DNA of 64,000 nucleotides from contig CM119269.1 in NCBI GenBank assembly GCA_051294375.1, positions 15,759,918-15,823,917 on the forward strand, given 5' to 3'. Position 1 is the first letter of the stretch, and each line of letters starts with the position of its first letter. The notes under the pieces were generated by a model. The model had not been told where the DNA came from and made no database searches. It worked only from the letters and a program-made list of their open reading frames with translations. This stretch comes from Paraspadella gotoi. Its lineage: Eukaryota > Animalia > Chaetognatha. Positions 13,073 to 27,368 of the stretch are shown piece after piece. A program made the translations under genes and the position numbers.

Positions 13073-14713
13073 ACCCCTCTTTCTTACACCACTGCTTTAA
13101 AGCAAGTCTGTCAATATGAAAAAACAACAACCAAAGATGCGATTATTGCTTCAATCGTTTCTCATAGAAATGAAAAGCGAGAGATAAATTTGACCTTTTC
13201 TCCACCAACATTTACATTTCGAATCCATTTACATTAAAGGAGCCTTTTAAGCTTAATGTGGCGATTTGTAGTACACAATATTTTGTTCGAGTGGAAGAAT
13301 GAGAAAAATGGCGTCGGACAAAAAGATTTAAAGAAATTGAAAGAACACAACAGAACAAAAAGGAAAAAAAAAGAAAAAAAAGAAAAAGGAATAAAATCTA
13401 AGAAAGAAAAAGATTAGGTCCCATAATACTCTCAAATTCAGCTCTACTTCTTTGATACTTAGAGATATATCTGTATCTATATTAGTATGCAAAAGTAAAT
13501 TAGAAAACATACATAATAACCGTAGTTCCCCAAAACAAAAGACCAACAAATCTATTTCCAGAAGACAAGACTAACATTTCCCTCGCAGGAAAAAAAAAGG
13601 AATTTAAAAATAAACAAATAAAACCAAGAAAAAAATATAAACAAAAGATATAAATAAACCGTAATATTTTAAATATCGTTAACAATTAAAAATCTATAAA
13701 TATAGAATAGGGAAATAGGTAATTTTGCAATTTTCATAAAAAATGTTTGTGTCTAAAACAAACACTAAAAAAAACAAAACCAAAAAAAAACAAGTAAAAT
13801 ACGAAAAAGAGAGAGAATAAACAGAAAAAGAAAACAAATATAAAAACAAGAAAAACAAGAAGGAAAAAATCAGGAAGAACAACAAAAAACATATTTTTTT
13901 TGTTCTTTTATTTTCATTGTCGTAACTGAAATCGAGCAGAAAAAATTTAACATTTTTGCGGGTCGATGTCGAACAGACATTGTCGGTACAAGACTGACGA
14001 CGGCGGTGGAGACTAAGGTCCGCCGTTTTCGGTTGTCAAGATAAAATTGGCAAACAAAAATCGATTTATTGAAATAGGAAAAGTAAACGGAATCGAATTG
14101 GCTAATTGTACAATTAGCTATTAATTCGTATTGGGAAAGAAACAGAAAAACTTTGGTTCACATTCAATTCTAAATAAGACGTCTGAACAGAGGGAAAATT
14201 GGAAATTTCAAACAATTCCATGGGCGATTTTATTTCATACTAATATTACCAAGGATCTCCACTGTTTCCGTTGCTCAGTTGGGGGCGGAGAAAGTGGAAT
14301 TTGTCTAATTTGATCATTAAATGAACAGACTCTCTCTATTGAAAATCTCCATTTTTTCCCCTTTTTTTTCATTTCTTTTTTTTTTTCTTTCCTCCTTTCT
14401 TTCTACGGTGGTATTTTCTTGTGCCCCGACGATGATGACTGAATGATAAATCTTTATGTTTAACCTTTTCCACTCTCTCTCTCTCTCTCTCTCTCTTCTC
14501 TTCTCTCCTCTCCTCTCTCTCTCTCCTCTCTCTTCCTCTCTCTCTCTCTCTCTCCCTTCCTCACTCTGTCTCTACGCACAATTCCTTCAGACTTCGTTTA
14601 TGAGGTAATTTTTTTCCCCTTTCAATTGCTCGTCGTCTTCGTCGTGGCGCGGGGGTCTCTGAGACGTCGAGGTGCCGTCCTCTCTCTCTCTCTTCTCTCT
14701 TCTCTCTCTCTGC

Positions 14714-14757
<44 letters not shown>

Positions 14758-16175
14758 CTAATGCTGGTAGCTAACTAATTTCAACCAAGTTTGTTAACTT
14801 CCACTTTTCGCTTTCCTCACGAGAGGGAAAAATAAAAAATAAATTCGACGTACACCGGACAAACGAAAAAAAAAAATAAATAAGAAAAAGAAAAGAAAAA
14901 AAGAACAGGAAAAAAGAAAACGTTTTCGAGGTATAGTCCAGCCAATGAACTGCAACAGCGCCGCAACCGCAGCCGCAGCCGCACGCACCGCCTCAATCCC
15001 GTACTCACTAATCGAGATTTTACTCATTACTCGGAAGTCTCCGGATGCCGCTTTTAAATCTTTATTCTACATCTCAGTTGTTTTTCCTTTTTCTAATTCT
15101 TATTTTTATTTTAATTCTACGTAATTATAAATTTAAGGCTAATTATCTCCCTGATCTTAATTTTTTATCTTACTTTCCTCTTTTATTTTTTTTTTACATC
15201 TTTTATATAATTTTTTTTTCATCCTCATTTTCTTTTATTCATTTCTCTTCTTATTTTTGTTCTCCCTCTTCATATTCTTCCCTTCATTCTCCTTCTCATT
15301 CTCCTCCCCTTTCCTCTCCATCTCGTTCTCCTTTGTCTCATCTCTTCCTTTGTCTCAATTTTTCATGACCCAAGAGTTTTTTTTCCCTTCCCCCCCCCTT
15401 CGCCGCGACCACCCATCTCCCCGAAAAAACCATCATCCCACCGCACCACACACACAAGGACAACAACAACGACAACGACGCCGATCTCTTCAAAACCACT
15501 TCCGGCGCCGAAACGTAAAAAACCCCGATCTCGAAAATCGGCGCCGCCTCCGCGACCCGCTGCTACGCCAACCTTCGCCAACTCCACCGACACCCCTTCT
15601 CCTTCCCAAAGCGCCCTCGGCGCCGCAAATAAGGAGAAAAAAAAAATACGGCGATATGCAAATGAATTCTTAATATCAGTTCTCGGGGAAAACGGGAGGA
15701 GGGGAAAAACAACTGGAGATAAGCGGAGGGAAAACAAAACTAAAAAAAAAAATAAGAATAAAAAGTCAAATAAAAAAAAATAAAAAGCTAAAAATTTGTA
15801 GAAATTTAATTCAGTAAAACTTAAAAAAATAATAAACTTGGAAAACGAAAGGGAATGGAATATCGGAATACTAGGAAAAGGGCAGTCACAGGGATTTTTA
15901 TTTTTCTTTTTTGAAAAAGAAAACAAATTTAAAGTTTAATGGAGAAGAAAGAGACATCCTTGGAAAAATAATTGAGCGTTAGAAAGGGGAAAGAAATACC
16001 TCTTTAAGCATTTTAAAATCGGTTTTTTTTTGTCATTCAAAAGGAAAAAAGGTTTTCTGCGTGCTTTTACTTTTACATGTGAACCGCTTAACCGGTTTCG
16101 GGAGATCATTCATTCAGTTGCCCTTCATTCAGAAACCTAGGTTTAACCGGATCCTCTATCTTTTTTCTATCCCTT

Positions 16176-16330
16176 TATAAAATGGGTGTAACCAATGTAA
16201 AAATTATCCATTCATATAATGAATAAGCTATCTTGCCCCTGACTTTGAACAGGCTTTGGTGGTTTAATGACATAACAGGTCCCTGCAAGCTTTCAATTAA
16301 AACTCTCTCACAGTCTCGTTTATTCACTCC
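16176..16330 (+). repeat. Dispersed repeat fragment, also at ~31342-31510
   Basis: aaccaat.taaaaattat.cattcat...ctgacttt..ac..gct.tggtgg...ctgcaagctttcaat.aa.a.tct.tcacagtc..gtttattcac is shared by both loci. Confidence 0.65.
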
Positions 16331-17272
16331 CAGAGTACCTGTCTTCCCTATCTTCCCTAAGTGGTATATATAATTATATTTCAAAGAATGTTTCAATTGT
16401 ATGAAAATACCACTCCCTTAAGTATTAGATCGGGGAATACTATATTTTACTCCGCCCAGCATCAAAATACAAAGAGCTGAATTTTATGAAACTGGTACAA
16501 CCAATACTATTTATCTTTATGTATATTTGTGTATCTTTATGTATATTTATCTTTCTTGCTTTTCGCTCAGTTTTCTCTCTCTCTCTTCCTCATCTCTTTC
16601 TTTTTGTACATATATCTCTCATTCTCTCCCTCTCTTTCTGCTCTTCTCTCTCTCTCATCTCTTCTCATCTCTTCATCTCTCTCTCTCTTTCTCTCTTTGT
16701 CTCTCTCTATCTCAGTCTCTCTCTCTCTCTCTCCTTGTGCGCTCTCTCGTGTCATCTCTCAGTCTGTCTCTCTCCTCTCGTTCTCACGTCGTTCGTGCGA
16801 AGGATTGAGTCTGAATTTCGAATCGAATCTCCGCCACCTGCTCGTCCTTCCAGTCGGTGACACCGTTCTTCCGCCAAGCGTCTTTCCTCCTGGTTTATCA
16901 GTCAGCCGTCTTTTAGTCAGACGTATTTTTCGGCAGGTTTCTTTCCGTCAGGCGTTTCTCTGTCGTTGTTTTTCGTCCTGGTCTGCTTGTCTCTTTACCT
17001 GACTATTTGTCTGACCATCGTCTTTTTGCCCCTTTTGCGACACAATCTTCGGTTTCTTTGGCTACATCGCATGTTTTTTGTCAGTTGTACAACTTCAGTT
17101 TCTGAAATTTTCTAGAGATTTTTTTCTATTTCAGAGAGAAGGAAAGCTACGCGGGTACCATAAAAATTCGGTATGGCTTTTTTTAAAATGCTATCTTTCC
17201 GCTTTTTTTCCTCAAGATTAGAATCGATTTCAATGCGGTTTCTTTATTTTCAGATTTTTCGATCAAATTCAT

Positions 17273-17308
<36 letters not shown>

Positions 17309-17323
17309 TTTTTCTTTCTTTCT

Positions 17324-17362
<39 letters not shown>

Positions 17363-17364
17363 TT

Positions 17365-17425
<61 letters not shown>

Positions 17426-19314
17426 TCCTTTTCATTTCCCTTTCTTTTCCGCCCTTACTTAACAGGCTCACCTGCTTGGTTCACGCGCGTCCAGGCGAGA
17501 GCTTTTCCAGTAACGCGAGATCAATGAGAAAGAAGTAAAATATGCAAAAGGAAAAAACCTCCTTAGTCTTTCTTATTTTGAAATGGATCAGGAAGTAAAA
17601 GAAGTGAAGTCTTAAGTAAGAGAGGGATTCTAGGTAGCGATCACGCTCGGGATTTCACGCCGTTGTTAAATCACCGGAAAATCTTTATGCTGCAGAAGGA
17701 ACATTATGCATTATGCATTATGCGTTAACACTTTAAAGCTTTTCTTTTATTGTGTGCTTTCATCAATTTAGGCACGCTTATTAGTNNNNNNNNNNNNNNN
17801 NNNNNNNNNNNNNNNNNNNNNNNNNNNNNNNNNNNNNNNNNNNNNNNNNNNNNNNNNNNNNNNNNNNNNNNNNNNNNNNNNNNNNNNNNNNNNNNNNNNN
17901 NNNNNNNNNNNNNNNNNNNNNNNNNNNNNNNNNNNNNNNNNNNNNNNNNNNNNNNNNNNNNNNNNNNNNNNNNNNNNNNNNNNCACACGTCCAAGAGAAG
18001 AGATGTCACTATTTCCAATTGTGTAACTTCACGTGCTATCTAAACTGCCGAATAAAGAAATCACACGAGACGCAACATAGTTTTATTTTAAATAATACAA
18101 AAAATATAACTGTAATCAACATGTGATGTTATCAATGTCGATAAGCTCGCGCGAACTTTGACTTTGAGAGCGAAATCGCACTGAATATCAATTGCGCATT
18201 TAAGGCAGGTCCGTTCTGCACGACCGCTGGAATGTGACTGTAAGCTTCGGCTACATTGCAAAGAAACAATGCACACTGATCCTTCCTTCTCTCTCTCCTC
18301 TTCTCTCTCGAGCCTTTCTTTTTCTTGCGACCCTTCGTCATTATCTTCCCGCTCGTCTTTTTCTCTCTCTTCACTCCCGTTCTTTCGATCCAAGTTGACA
18401 CACATGAACGCCAGCGACAACCAACCCCGAATTAAAGTTACAAGCCGATATACAACGCTGCAGAGAATGCCTCACTTTCATTACTCTACTCTCTTCTTCT
18501 CTTTTTTCTTTCTTTTTCATTTTTCTTTACTTCTTCATTTTCTCTTGATCACACGATTGTGTTTCTTTCTCTTTTCCTTCTTCTTTCTTCTTGGTCCTCT
18601 CCTCTCTCTTCTCTCCTCTCTTCTCTCTCTCTCTCTCTCTCTCTCTCCTCGTCTCTCTCTCTCTCTCTCTACTTCTTTTCTCTCATCTCTTCTCTCTCCT
18701 CTCTCTCTCTCTTACTCTCTCCTCCTCTCTCTATCTCCTCTCTCTCCCCTCTCCTATCTCTCTCTCTCTCTCTCTTTTTCTGGCCTGGATTCGTCTTTAT
18801 TTTCGTCCCCAAAGATTTTCATTTGCATGTAATCGTCGCCAAGGGCCTTTTTGAGCAAAGAGCGACGAAATGATAGGAATTCTTCATATCGTTCACCATA
18901 TTCCACCGCAATGGCTCTTTTTATGCCGCGCCCAAAATATGGCGCTCCATGTTGAGCCGGTTTTTCGGATAGAATGGATTATTGTCTACGAAAAATTACT
19001 ATATTCGTTTAAAATCATTCAAAAATTTTAACAATATAATAAATATTATACAAAACCGTGAGTCTTGAAAACTTGCAGCGTCTTGCCGGCCCAAAATCAG
19101 TAGGTGACTAAATCAATTTAATTTAATTTAATTTAATCTAATTTAATTTCATAATACATTCTCCAGCACTCATAGTAAAAAGAAATCACGAACGTATATC
19201 GAGTCAGTGACAAATGGTAAATCCCATTAAAAATCGGTTCTCATTTTAAAAATCCTCGTTTTACTGCCGTCGTTACTCTGAGGATTAAGTCGCCTTCACG
19301 GAGGCGGACAGAGA

Positions 19315-19684
19315 GAAAACAAGAACGGTAATTCAAATGTATTGCGCCACAGTGACTCCCTTATCACGTGTATTTCTCGTGACATGTTATTATATGACAT
19401 GACATGATGTGACATGACATGAATACATGACTACAAAAACTTTCTTAGACCGTATATTTTTGACATGCACTGAATCAAAATTCTGTCTTTTATTCTGTCT
19501 TTTATTCCTTATAGTTTTAGGATTTCCTGAAGGCAGCGCTAGGAGTCCCTTAGATTTGAGTTTGTTTTTTTTGTTTTAACAAATGAGCAACCAACAATAG
19601 TTAAATTATATGAATTTTTAATGTAAGTGACCGACTTACCGAGTGACTGACTGACCAAAAAGTGACTCGCGACGCAACTAAAAA
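19315..19684 (-). mobile_element. HINE-like element family B, minus-strand copy
   Basis: Reverse complement of 19777-20119 over most of its length, including tttagttgcgtcgcgagt, gtcagtcagtc, ttgctcatttgttaa, (gtcat)n, cacgagaaatacacgtga and the terminal cttgttttc. Confidence 0.62.
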
Positions 19685-19776
19685 GGGAATTTCGTCGAAT
19701 GCGTTTCTGCCCCTCAGTCTTAACTTAAATCATCTTAACTTAAATCATCATATTTATTTATTATTAACCAATGATT

Positions 19777-20119
19777 TTTTAGTTGTGTCGCGAGTACTCG
19801 CGGAGCAATTCTATGAGACACTTTTAGGTTGGTCGGTCGCTTTGTCAGTCGGTATGTCTGTCTGTTGGTCTGTCCCACTTATTTTAAAAATGCAAATAAT
19901 TCGCCTATAGTTAGTTGCTCATTTGTTAAGACAGAAGAAAGAATTCCGATGCAGTGCGTATCATAAATAGACAGGCTAGAAAAGTTATTGTTGTCATTTA
20001 GTCATGTCATGTGGCGTCTTGCCATGTCATGTCACGTCATGTCCTGTCATGTCACGAGAAATACACGTGAAAATAAAGTCACTGCGGCGCAGAACATCGG
20101 ATGAACCGATCTTGTTTTC
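19777..20119 (+). mobile_element. HINE-like element family B, plus-strand copy
   Basis: T-run then agttgtgtcgcgagtactcgcggagcaatt (5' palindrome), gtcggtc/gtctgtctg microsatellite, (gtcat)n, and 3' hairpin atcgg-atgaa-ccgat followed by cttgt and T-run. Confidence 0.65.
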
Positions 20120-21265
20120 GTTAAATTTAACGCGATTTTCTACTCAAGCGACCGAAAAAGCAAATAATAATTAAAATAAACAAAATCGAATATTTTTTGC
20201 AACCAGTGATTTTTTTTTCTCCCGTCGTTCGTGTGAGTCGGAGGCTGAAGAGAGAGAACGGAATCCCGTGGGAAATCGGGTTTTGGTCATTGCAGAGATT
20301 GCAAGGAATCGTCGGGGGAAGGATGTTGCTTCTTTTCTTTTGCTGATGGTAAACCTTACTTTTAACTTTGGGTATGAGAGCCGGCATAAAAACATAAATA
20401 AAAATCTTTATTGACAAAAACAATCATCGAAAACATTATGGATTATCTCTGTCTCTTTCCATTTAAAAAAAATATAGTCTAGTATGGAATATCATTTTTT
20501 TTTCACTTTTTTTTGGAAAATCTCGCTTTTTTTCCTTCTAAACTTAACTATATTTTACTTAAGCGAGATTTTTAAGCTCGAATAAATAAGAAAAAAAATT
20601 CTTTTAAGTTTGGGATTTTTTGTAATATATCCTTTCAGGGATTTTGCCTCTCGAGGCCACACTTTCATCTTAAATCATAAATTGGGGGGGAAAAAAATTC
20701 CGGTGGTCGACAGTCGACATCGCCTTTTTGAAATAGGGAAAAAGTTGTAGGAATATAGCGTGTAAAGAAAAAGAAAATATATATAGCCATATTATATTGG
20801 TAGTTATAAAAAATCATTACATTATAAAAGAATATACTTTACATAAAGAATATAATTAAATTTAATATATAGTGAAATAAAGTATTATTTTACATTTAAT
20901 AAAAAATTTTAAAGTCTAATATAGTAAAACAAGTAATCTTGCAATTTTTCTTAAAAAGGAAACGTTTTTAAAAAGTTTCATACCATTGATAAATTATACT
21001 TCATCTAATTTATTTTCATTTTGTATTCATAGGTTAGTTCTTAAAAGTAATATCTCCCAATAGAAAGACAGAATGACCGATAAATATATAATTAAGTCGC
21101 TATAATAAAGATTTTGAAACTACTTTGTGTTTACGTTAAAAAAAATTATATGACTAATGACATGAGATTAAACAGTTAAAAAACGAGGAAAAAAGAACGC
21201 TGTGACAGGAACAGGAGTGACTGGCAAGCAAGAGAGAGAGAGAGAGAAGGAGAGAGAAGAGAAGA

Positions 21266-21300
<35 letters not shown>

Positions 21301-23840
21301 AGGAGATTAGAGAGGGGGAGGAGCGACTGACAGAAAAAAAAACTTGAAATTCGCCGTAATCCAAAGGAGGTGATATAAAAAAAAGTCACGATTTCCAATA
21401 AACGTCCCCAAGCAAATTCCAGGTCGTCACCTTGTCAATGATTCTTCCCAGTCGTCCGAGTTTCTCCGCCTCCATCTTTTTTCCACCTTTTTAACCACCT
21501 TTTTTCCCCACCTTCTTCGCCACTTTTTTTACCACTCTTTTCGCCACCTTTTTCGCCATTTTTTTTCCTCACTTTTTTGCAGGCTTTTTCTTGCTCAGAG
21601 CTTCCCATTGTTACCTAACCGATGATAGAAAAAAAAACTTTCAGCAAATTGTGTTAAGCTTGTCAGATGTGTTTCAAAAAGTTTACAACCAGATACTGAC
21701 AGAGAAGATGCATTAAGTGAGTGGAATGATGATAAAGTGACTCGACCATTTGCAATATCAAAGTGAGTCAATTATCAATTATCACCGAACTGGACAGACA
21801 ATGAACTGAATCGATTGGCAGTCTATTTCATCCGGAGAGTCGAGAGCCAGACCAGGAATTGACTCAATCCTGTTTCACCATTTCAATCTCAGATGGAAGG
21901 CCTCGCCTCCACCTTGGCGCCTCACCGTCGCCAACCGATGTCTCTTCCGCCCATTTGAGGCTCGAACGAGGGAGAGAGGGGAAGGGAGAAAGGGGAGGGG
22001 GCAAGGGTGCAAGAAGGAAGGTGGGGCGATGGAAACGGGTAAGTGGACCAGTTGGAAAAGTGAGGCTGCAAGAAAAGGCGATGAAAACGATAAAGGCAAC
22101 AATATAACAATACACCCGTGGAGATGCTAGCATCCCAGGCACGAAGGGACTTTGGAAAAGTTCAGTGGGTCCGCGCTGCCGCCGCTTCGACCATGCAAAT
22201 TTCTTAGGTGGAGACAAGTGGGGTCGTACAAGGGTGACGGAGAAGGAGGGTGCAGTTGAGGGAGTTGTAGGCGATCAGCCGTTTCGCAAGGTTCAACGAC
22301 GCTGGCGAGGTGCGGCGCGGGCTGCGCAGTTTTAATCCTCGTCTCAGGAGGCGCAGGTGCGATGCAGTCGATTTTGACGATCGACGATCGTCCATTTCGC
22401 CGATGCTCTTTTTTTTTGTTTTCGTCTTGAATTTCCGATTCCAGAACAAAATAGAAACACTGGCGTCTGTTATCCGCTGATCTCCTTTCCACGCTCGCTG
22501 ATTTTGGGTCACTGAAAGGGGGGGGTGGGCGAGTTGGTTGACAAATGAAGCTAACTTTTTTTGTTTGAAAAAGGTTTCTTTTCTCTTGTCTCTGGTAGTT
22601 TTTTTTACAGTATTGCGAAATAAAATTATTTTCAAAAAGACAATATAATCAGTCTGATATGATTATTGATTAGTATTATTAAGCTGAGAGTTTCAGTTAA
22701 GGATTTTTGGATGCTTCGTTAACGACTGCTCATTTGTTTCGTCAACCACGTCGAAGATTCCCGCGTGTTTCTCCTCCATATTCGACCATGAGCCTCGTTT
22801 TCGATTAGGGCAGATTTCGAAATCAGAACGAGAAAACCCTACGGATTTCGCACTCTCTCTCTCTCTCTCTCTCTNNNNNNNNNNNNNNNNNNNNNNNNNT
22901 AAAGCGCATTTGTGACGGAATCTCTCAGAATACTAATCCTCAAGGTTTGAAATGGATCTTACTTTCCAATACAATCTTTTAAAACATGCGAGTTATATAT
23001 ACTTAAAATCTTCTCATCCTATAATTATCCTATTCTTCAAAGTTGAAATCGGATATATTTCTTCATAATATTTTTAAACACCTGCTAGTCACTATAATTA
23101 TATCATCGCGTCTTTCTTTTCCTACAGTTCAAGTCGGTTCTCAAATGATATTCTAAAATCGACAAATGTACTTTCAACCTAAAGTGACAGCCGGTAAAAT
23201 TAATGTCATCATAGTTTGAAGTTGGCCCCCGGCAGAGCGTTTTTGGAGGGTAATGGTATTTGAAATGGCGATTCTACAGAGCATTATTCCATTCTTCTCG
23301 CACAACAAGTCATATTAAATATTCTTTCAGGCACAGTGGGCGGGTTTGGGGAAAGAACAAACAACAACAACAAAGATGGTGCCGATGAAATTAGCTCTGA
23401 ACAGAAGTCGGAGCCATCAACCCAATTTGTCCGGTAAACGATTCTCATTGCGTCTGTTTCCAAGTAAGCTATTTTGACAAACTCAGTTTTGTTATTGTAA
23501 AATTCAATCGTTAAATACGAGTTTAAAAAAGTAATGCTCAATCGTTATAGTCTCTCACTTATTACTTTTCTTGCACTGTCACAAATACGAAGAGAAGTAG
23601 ACAGGTGGAAATATAGACAGTACATGGAGAGAGAGGAGAGAGAGAGAGAGAGAGTCCAGTAAATTGCTTCCCTAAACCATAAACAAAAACAAAGATGCCA
23701 TAAAACCAAAATCTTTTACCTCTCGGTTTTTCCTTTTGCCCTTTTTAGTTTTCTTTGATTTCTACAACAGACAATTGTTAATAAAATAATTCCGGATCAG
23801 TAACGCCTTTTTTTTCAAATTATTCACAAAAATAGCACAT

Positions 23841-23881
23841 TTTGCGCGAATCTGTGATTGGTCAAATTCGGTCACGTGACC
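23841..23881. promoter_or_regulatory. Compact promoter-like module: E2F-like tttgcgcgaa, reverse CCAAT (ATTGG), palindromic E-box GGTCACGTGACC
   Basis: Motifs at 23841-23850, 23857-23861 and 23870-23881, within AT-rich sequence. Confidence 0.4.
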
Positions 23882-25301
23882 TTAACAATCTTCGTTATAT
23901 TTTAAAGACTTTTTTTACTAGTAAATCAATGCTTATTTAAATTAGCTTGTTCTAATGTATACTATTTTGCATAAAAAAATTTTTCTATTTTAAATTTTTT
24001 AAACAATATTAAAGAGTAAAACCGAAAAAGTAAGTGTGTCAGAAAAACAAGCCAAAGTGCGGTCAAGCACGGCAAAAGAATACTTTAAAATTTTTCTCTT
24101 AATCTTTGCCTCTTCTTCTCTTCTCTTTCTTACTCTACAATATCTCTCTCTCTTCCTGTCTTCGTAAATCTCATTCCTTGTATTTTCTTCTACTAACAAT
24201 TTCTGGCTATATTTTTAACATTTCGGCCAAATACCGTTTTTGAATGCTTTTACTAACAAAAAGAAGCGGATCTACATTTTTGTCCCTAAATTCATGTGAT
24301 CTTTCATTTCAACAATTGTTTTTTCAAAAAACTTTTATAATATATATCTTAACTAATACATTACAAATAATTTTTTTTTTTCACAATATCATTTAAAATA
24401 TCTTCGAAAACATAAATAAATAGAAAAGTCCAATCGGTATTTACGGTAAGATATGACTTTTAGGAAACTTTTCTCATTGTATCTCCCTCCCTCCTCCCCT
24501 CCTCTATCTCTCTCTCCATCCTCTCTCTCCACCGCTTCTCTTTCCCTAGAATCGACGTTTCGTCTGTTTTTCCAGAGATTTATTCCTCTTCGCCGTCAGA
24601 GGCGTTAGGGTTGAGATTCTTCCCCGTTGGCCTTTTGTTCGCATCTCGTCCGTCGATCGCGCTGGAAAAGGCATATCGCTCTCTCGAGCGTATGATTCGC
24701 GTTTTGACGAGAGGCCATTTTCGGACAGATATTGAGATGAAGATTTGGTCGAAAACTGACCTAGATTTTGTTATGATTTCTCCGAGATTTGGGATCGAAT
24801 TGACCCAGTTTAGAAATCCAAAATTAGAATGTGCGATTTGATAGTAATAACATTCTGGTATTAGAGTTCATTTTAAACATTTCAGACGTGGAATTTTATT
24901 AAGACTAGTAGTCTTCAAAGTATCATCTTTTTTTTATGAAAATTAAAATAGTTTCATACATTGAGCTTTTTTAATTTGTTATAATTGAAAATTATTTTTA
25001 ATCAATTTCGGCAAATCGGACGGATTTTTTTAGCCAATTTCCATGCAATCACAATTCACACTCTTCGGGCGAGATCTCTCGTCGTTCACTCGTGATTTTT
25101 TTTTTCACGGCTTCTCGCGGTTTTTTGTTCTCGAGTTACGCAATCACATCACAGCTAATTATGAATCCCTTTTGTTTTCATAATTTTTGCTTCGTGATTT
25201 CGAAAATGCAAAAAAAAAAAGTATTGGATAACGAAGTATGGGAGAAACAGAGAGAGAGAGAGAGAGAGAGAGATGAGACGAGAGAGAGAGAGAGAAGAGA
25301 C

Positions 25302-25347
<46 letters not shown>

Positions 25348-26181
25348 AAAAAAAAAAATAACGGAGAAGAGGAAGAAAAAAATCAGAATTTCAGATTCCG
25401 CTCCGCTATTTTCAGATTCCAGCTTCATCCAAGAGACCATGTTTACACCAAAAGCCTCGGGAATGGGCCGGACCGGAACTTTGGATTTGTGCGGGAAAGG
25501 ATGGAGTATGGTGGGGCGGTGGGGTTGGAAAGGATGAGGTATTGGTGGGGTGGGGGTCGGGAAAGGAGGGAGGCGGATAGGGGGTTCTAAAAGGGGGGGG
25601 GGAAGATTGGCGGGAGGGATCGATGGAAAAAGCAAAGATTAGACGAGAAAAAAATTTTAGGGGAGGAAGGCAGGAAAGGGAAAAAAGGGAAGATGAAAAA
25701 AGAAAGGAGAAAGGAAAAGAAAGAGAGAGAAGTTGAATAGAGGAGAGAGGAAAAGGAATCAAGGGCCGATAGTAGAGAAAGAAAAAAGGACAGGCAAGGG
25801 AGACTAAGGGGAAAAATATTTTTTTCTTAGGGAGGGAAGTAGTGATCGGAAAAAGGAGGGAAAGGAAAGGAGAAAAGAGAAAAATGGGAACCGTAGAGAA
25901 AGGAATAAGGGCTGACAAACGAAATAAAAGGGAAGAGCGAGGCTAGGGTAAGATATGAACTATAAAGGTAAACGAAATAACAGGGAGGGAGAAAATGAAT
26001 GAAGGAGTCATAAAAGAAGAGGGAGGAGAGAAGGAGATATGTGGGAGGGTGCAGGTGTAGGTGCAGGGAATAGAGAGAAAAGAGATTAGAAAGTCAGAAT
26101 CCGCAATTGAGGTCGAGCGAGAAGCGGCGTCACTCAAATGTCGAAATCCACGGAGGCCGGATTTGAGAGCTGGAACCAAAA

Positions 26182-26213
<32 letters not shown>

Positions 26214-27368
26214 CGACGACGATGATGTCGACGATGAAGTTAGCAATCAAGGGACGACACGTCCCTTCGAACCGGCTCTGTCTTTCATGGAGGGACAGAA
26301 TCGCCGAGNNNNNNNNNNNNNNNNNNNNNNNNNNNNNNNNNNNNNNNNNNNNNNNNNNNNNNNNNNNNNNNNNNNNNNNNNNNNNNNNNNNNNNNNNNNN
26401 NNNNNNNNNNNNNNNNNNNNNNNNNNNNNNNNNNNNNNNNNNNNNNNNNNNNNNNNNNNNNNNNNNNNNNNNNNNNNNNNNNNNNNNNNNNNNNNNNNNN
26501 NNNNNNNNNNNNNNNNNNNNNNNNNNNNNNNNNNNNNNNNNNNNNNNNNNNNNNNNNNNNNNNNNNNNNNNNNNNNNNNNNNNNNNNNNNNNNNNNNNNN
26601 NNNNNNNNNNNNNNNNNNNNNNNNNNNNNNNNNNNNNNNNNNNNNNNNNNNNNNNNNNNNNNNNNNNNNNNNNNNNNNNNNNNNNNNNNNNNNNNNNNNN
26701 NNNNNNNNNNNNNNNNNNNNNNNNNNNNNNNNATAAAAGAGATAGTATGAATAAAAAATCGTTGAATTTCCAAAAAATTGAATTCTACGAATCCGTTATC
26801 TATCATACACCGAAACACCATCATTCGTAAAAATATTCCGGAACAAAATGTGAAAAAGAAAAAAAAATATTCTCCCTCCCAATTTTTTTTTGCCTATTTA
26901 TTCGAATAAATTTTTTTTTAAAAAATTCGGTTTTTTTTTGCTGATTCGACTTTCGAGCGTCAATTTGCTCGATTAATCGTTAATTCTGATTAAAAAAAAA
27001 AAAAAAATCGGCAGCGATTAAAATAAAATCGATTATAAATCTAAAATTGATTCCAAATCGATTCCTACATATATATTGAAACTGACAAATTTCACTCTCG
27101 ACCAATAGGAATTTAATTGATCTCTCAGTCAAATGACCGTTAAGCACCATTTCTTTTTTTTTATCGCTTTGACATGAAATGGTTCAACCGAGGGTCATTT
27201 CTATGGATTGTCGTCGTTGTTGTTGATTAAATTGATTCTGTTTCATTCGGATAAAAGCTTTTCTCGAAGACGGTGAAAAAAAATTGTAAAACATTGAAAA
27301 TCCAATTACTTAAAATCCTGATCTTATTGTAATTTCCAAATGAGGTTTATGCAATTTAAAAATATAAC

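Noticed and set aside
21859-22635. Cluster of overlapping GC-rich ORFs on both strands
   Set aside because: No recognisable domain, no consistent splice-site pair and no dominant frame.
26138-26830. ORFs spanning N-runs (also at 17725-18043, 31512-32053 and 62913-63422)
   Set aside because: Open only because gaps translate as X.
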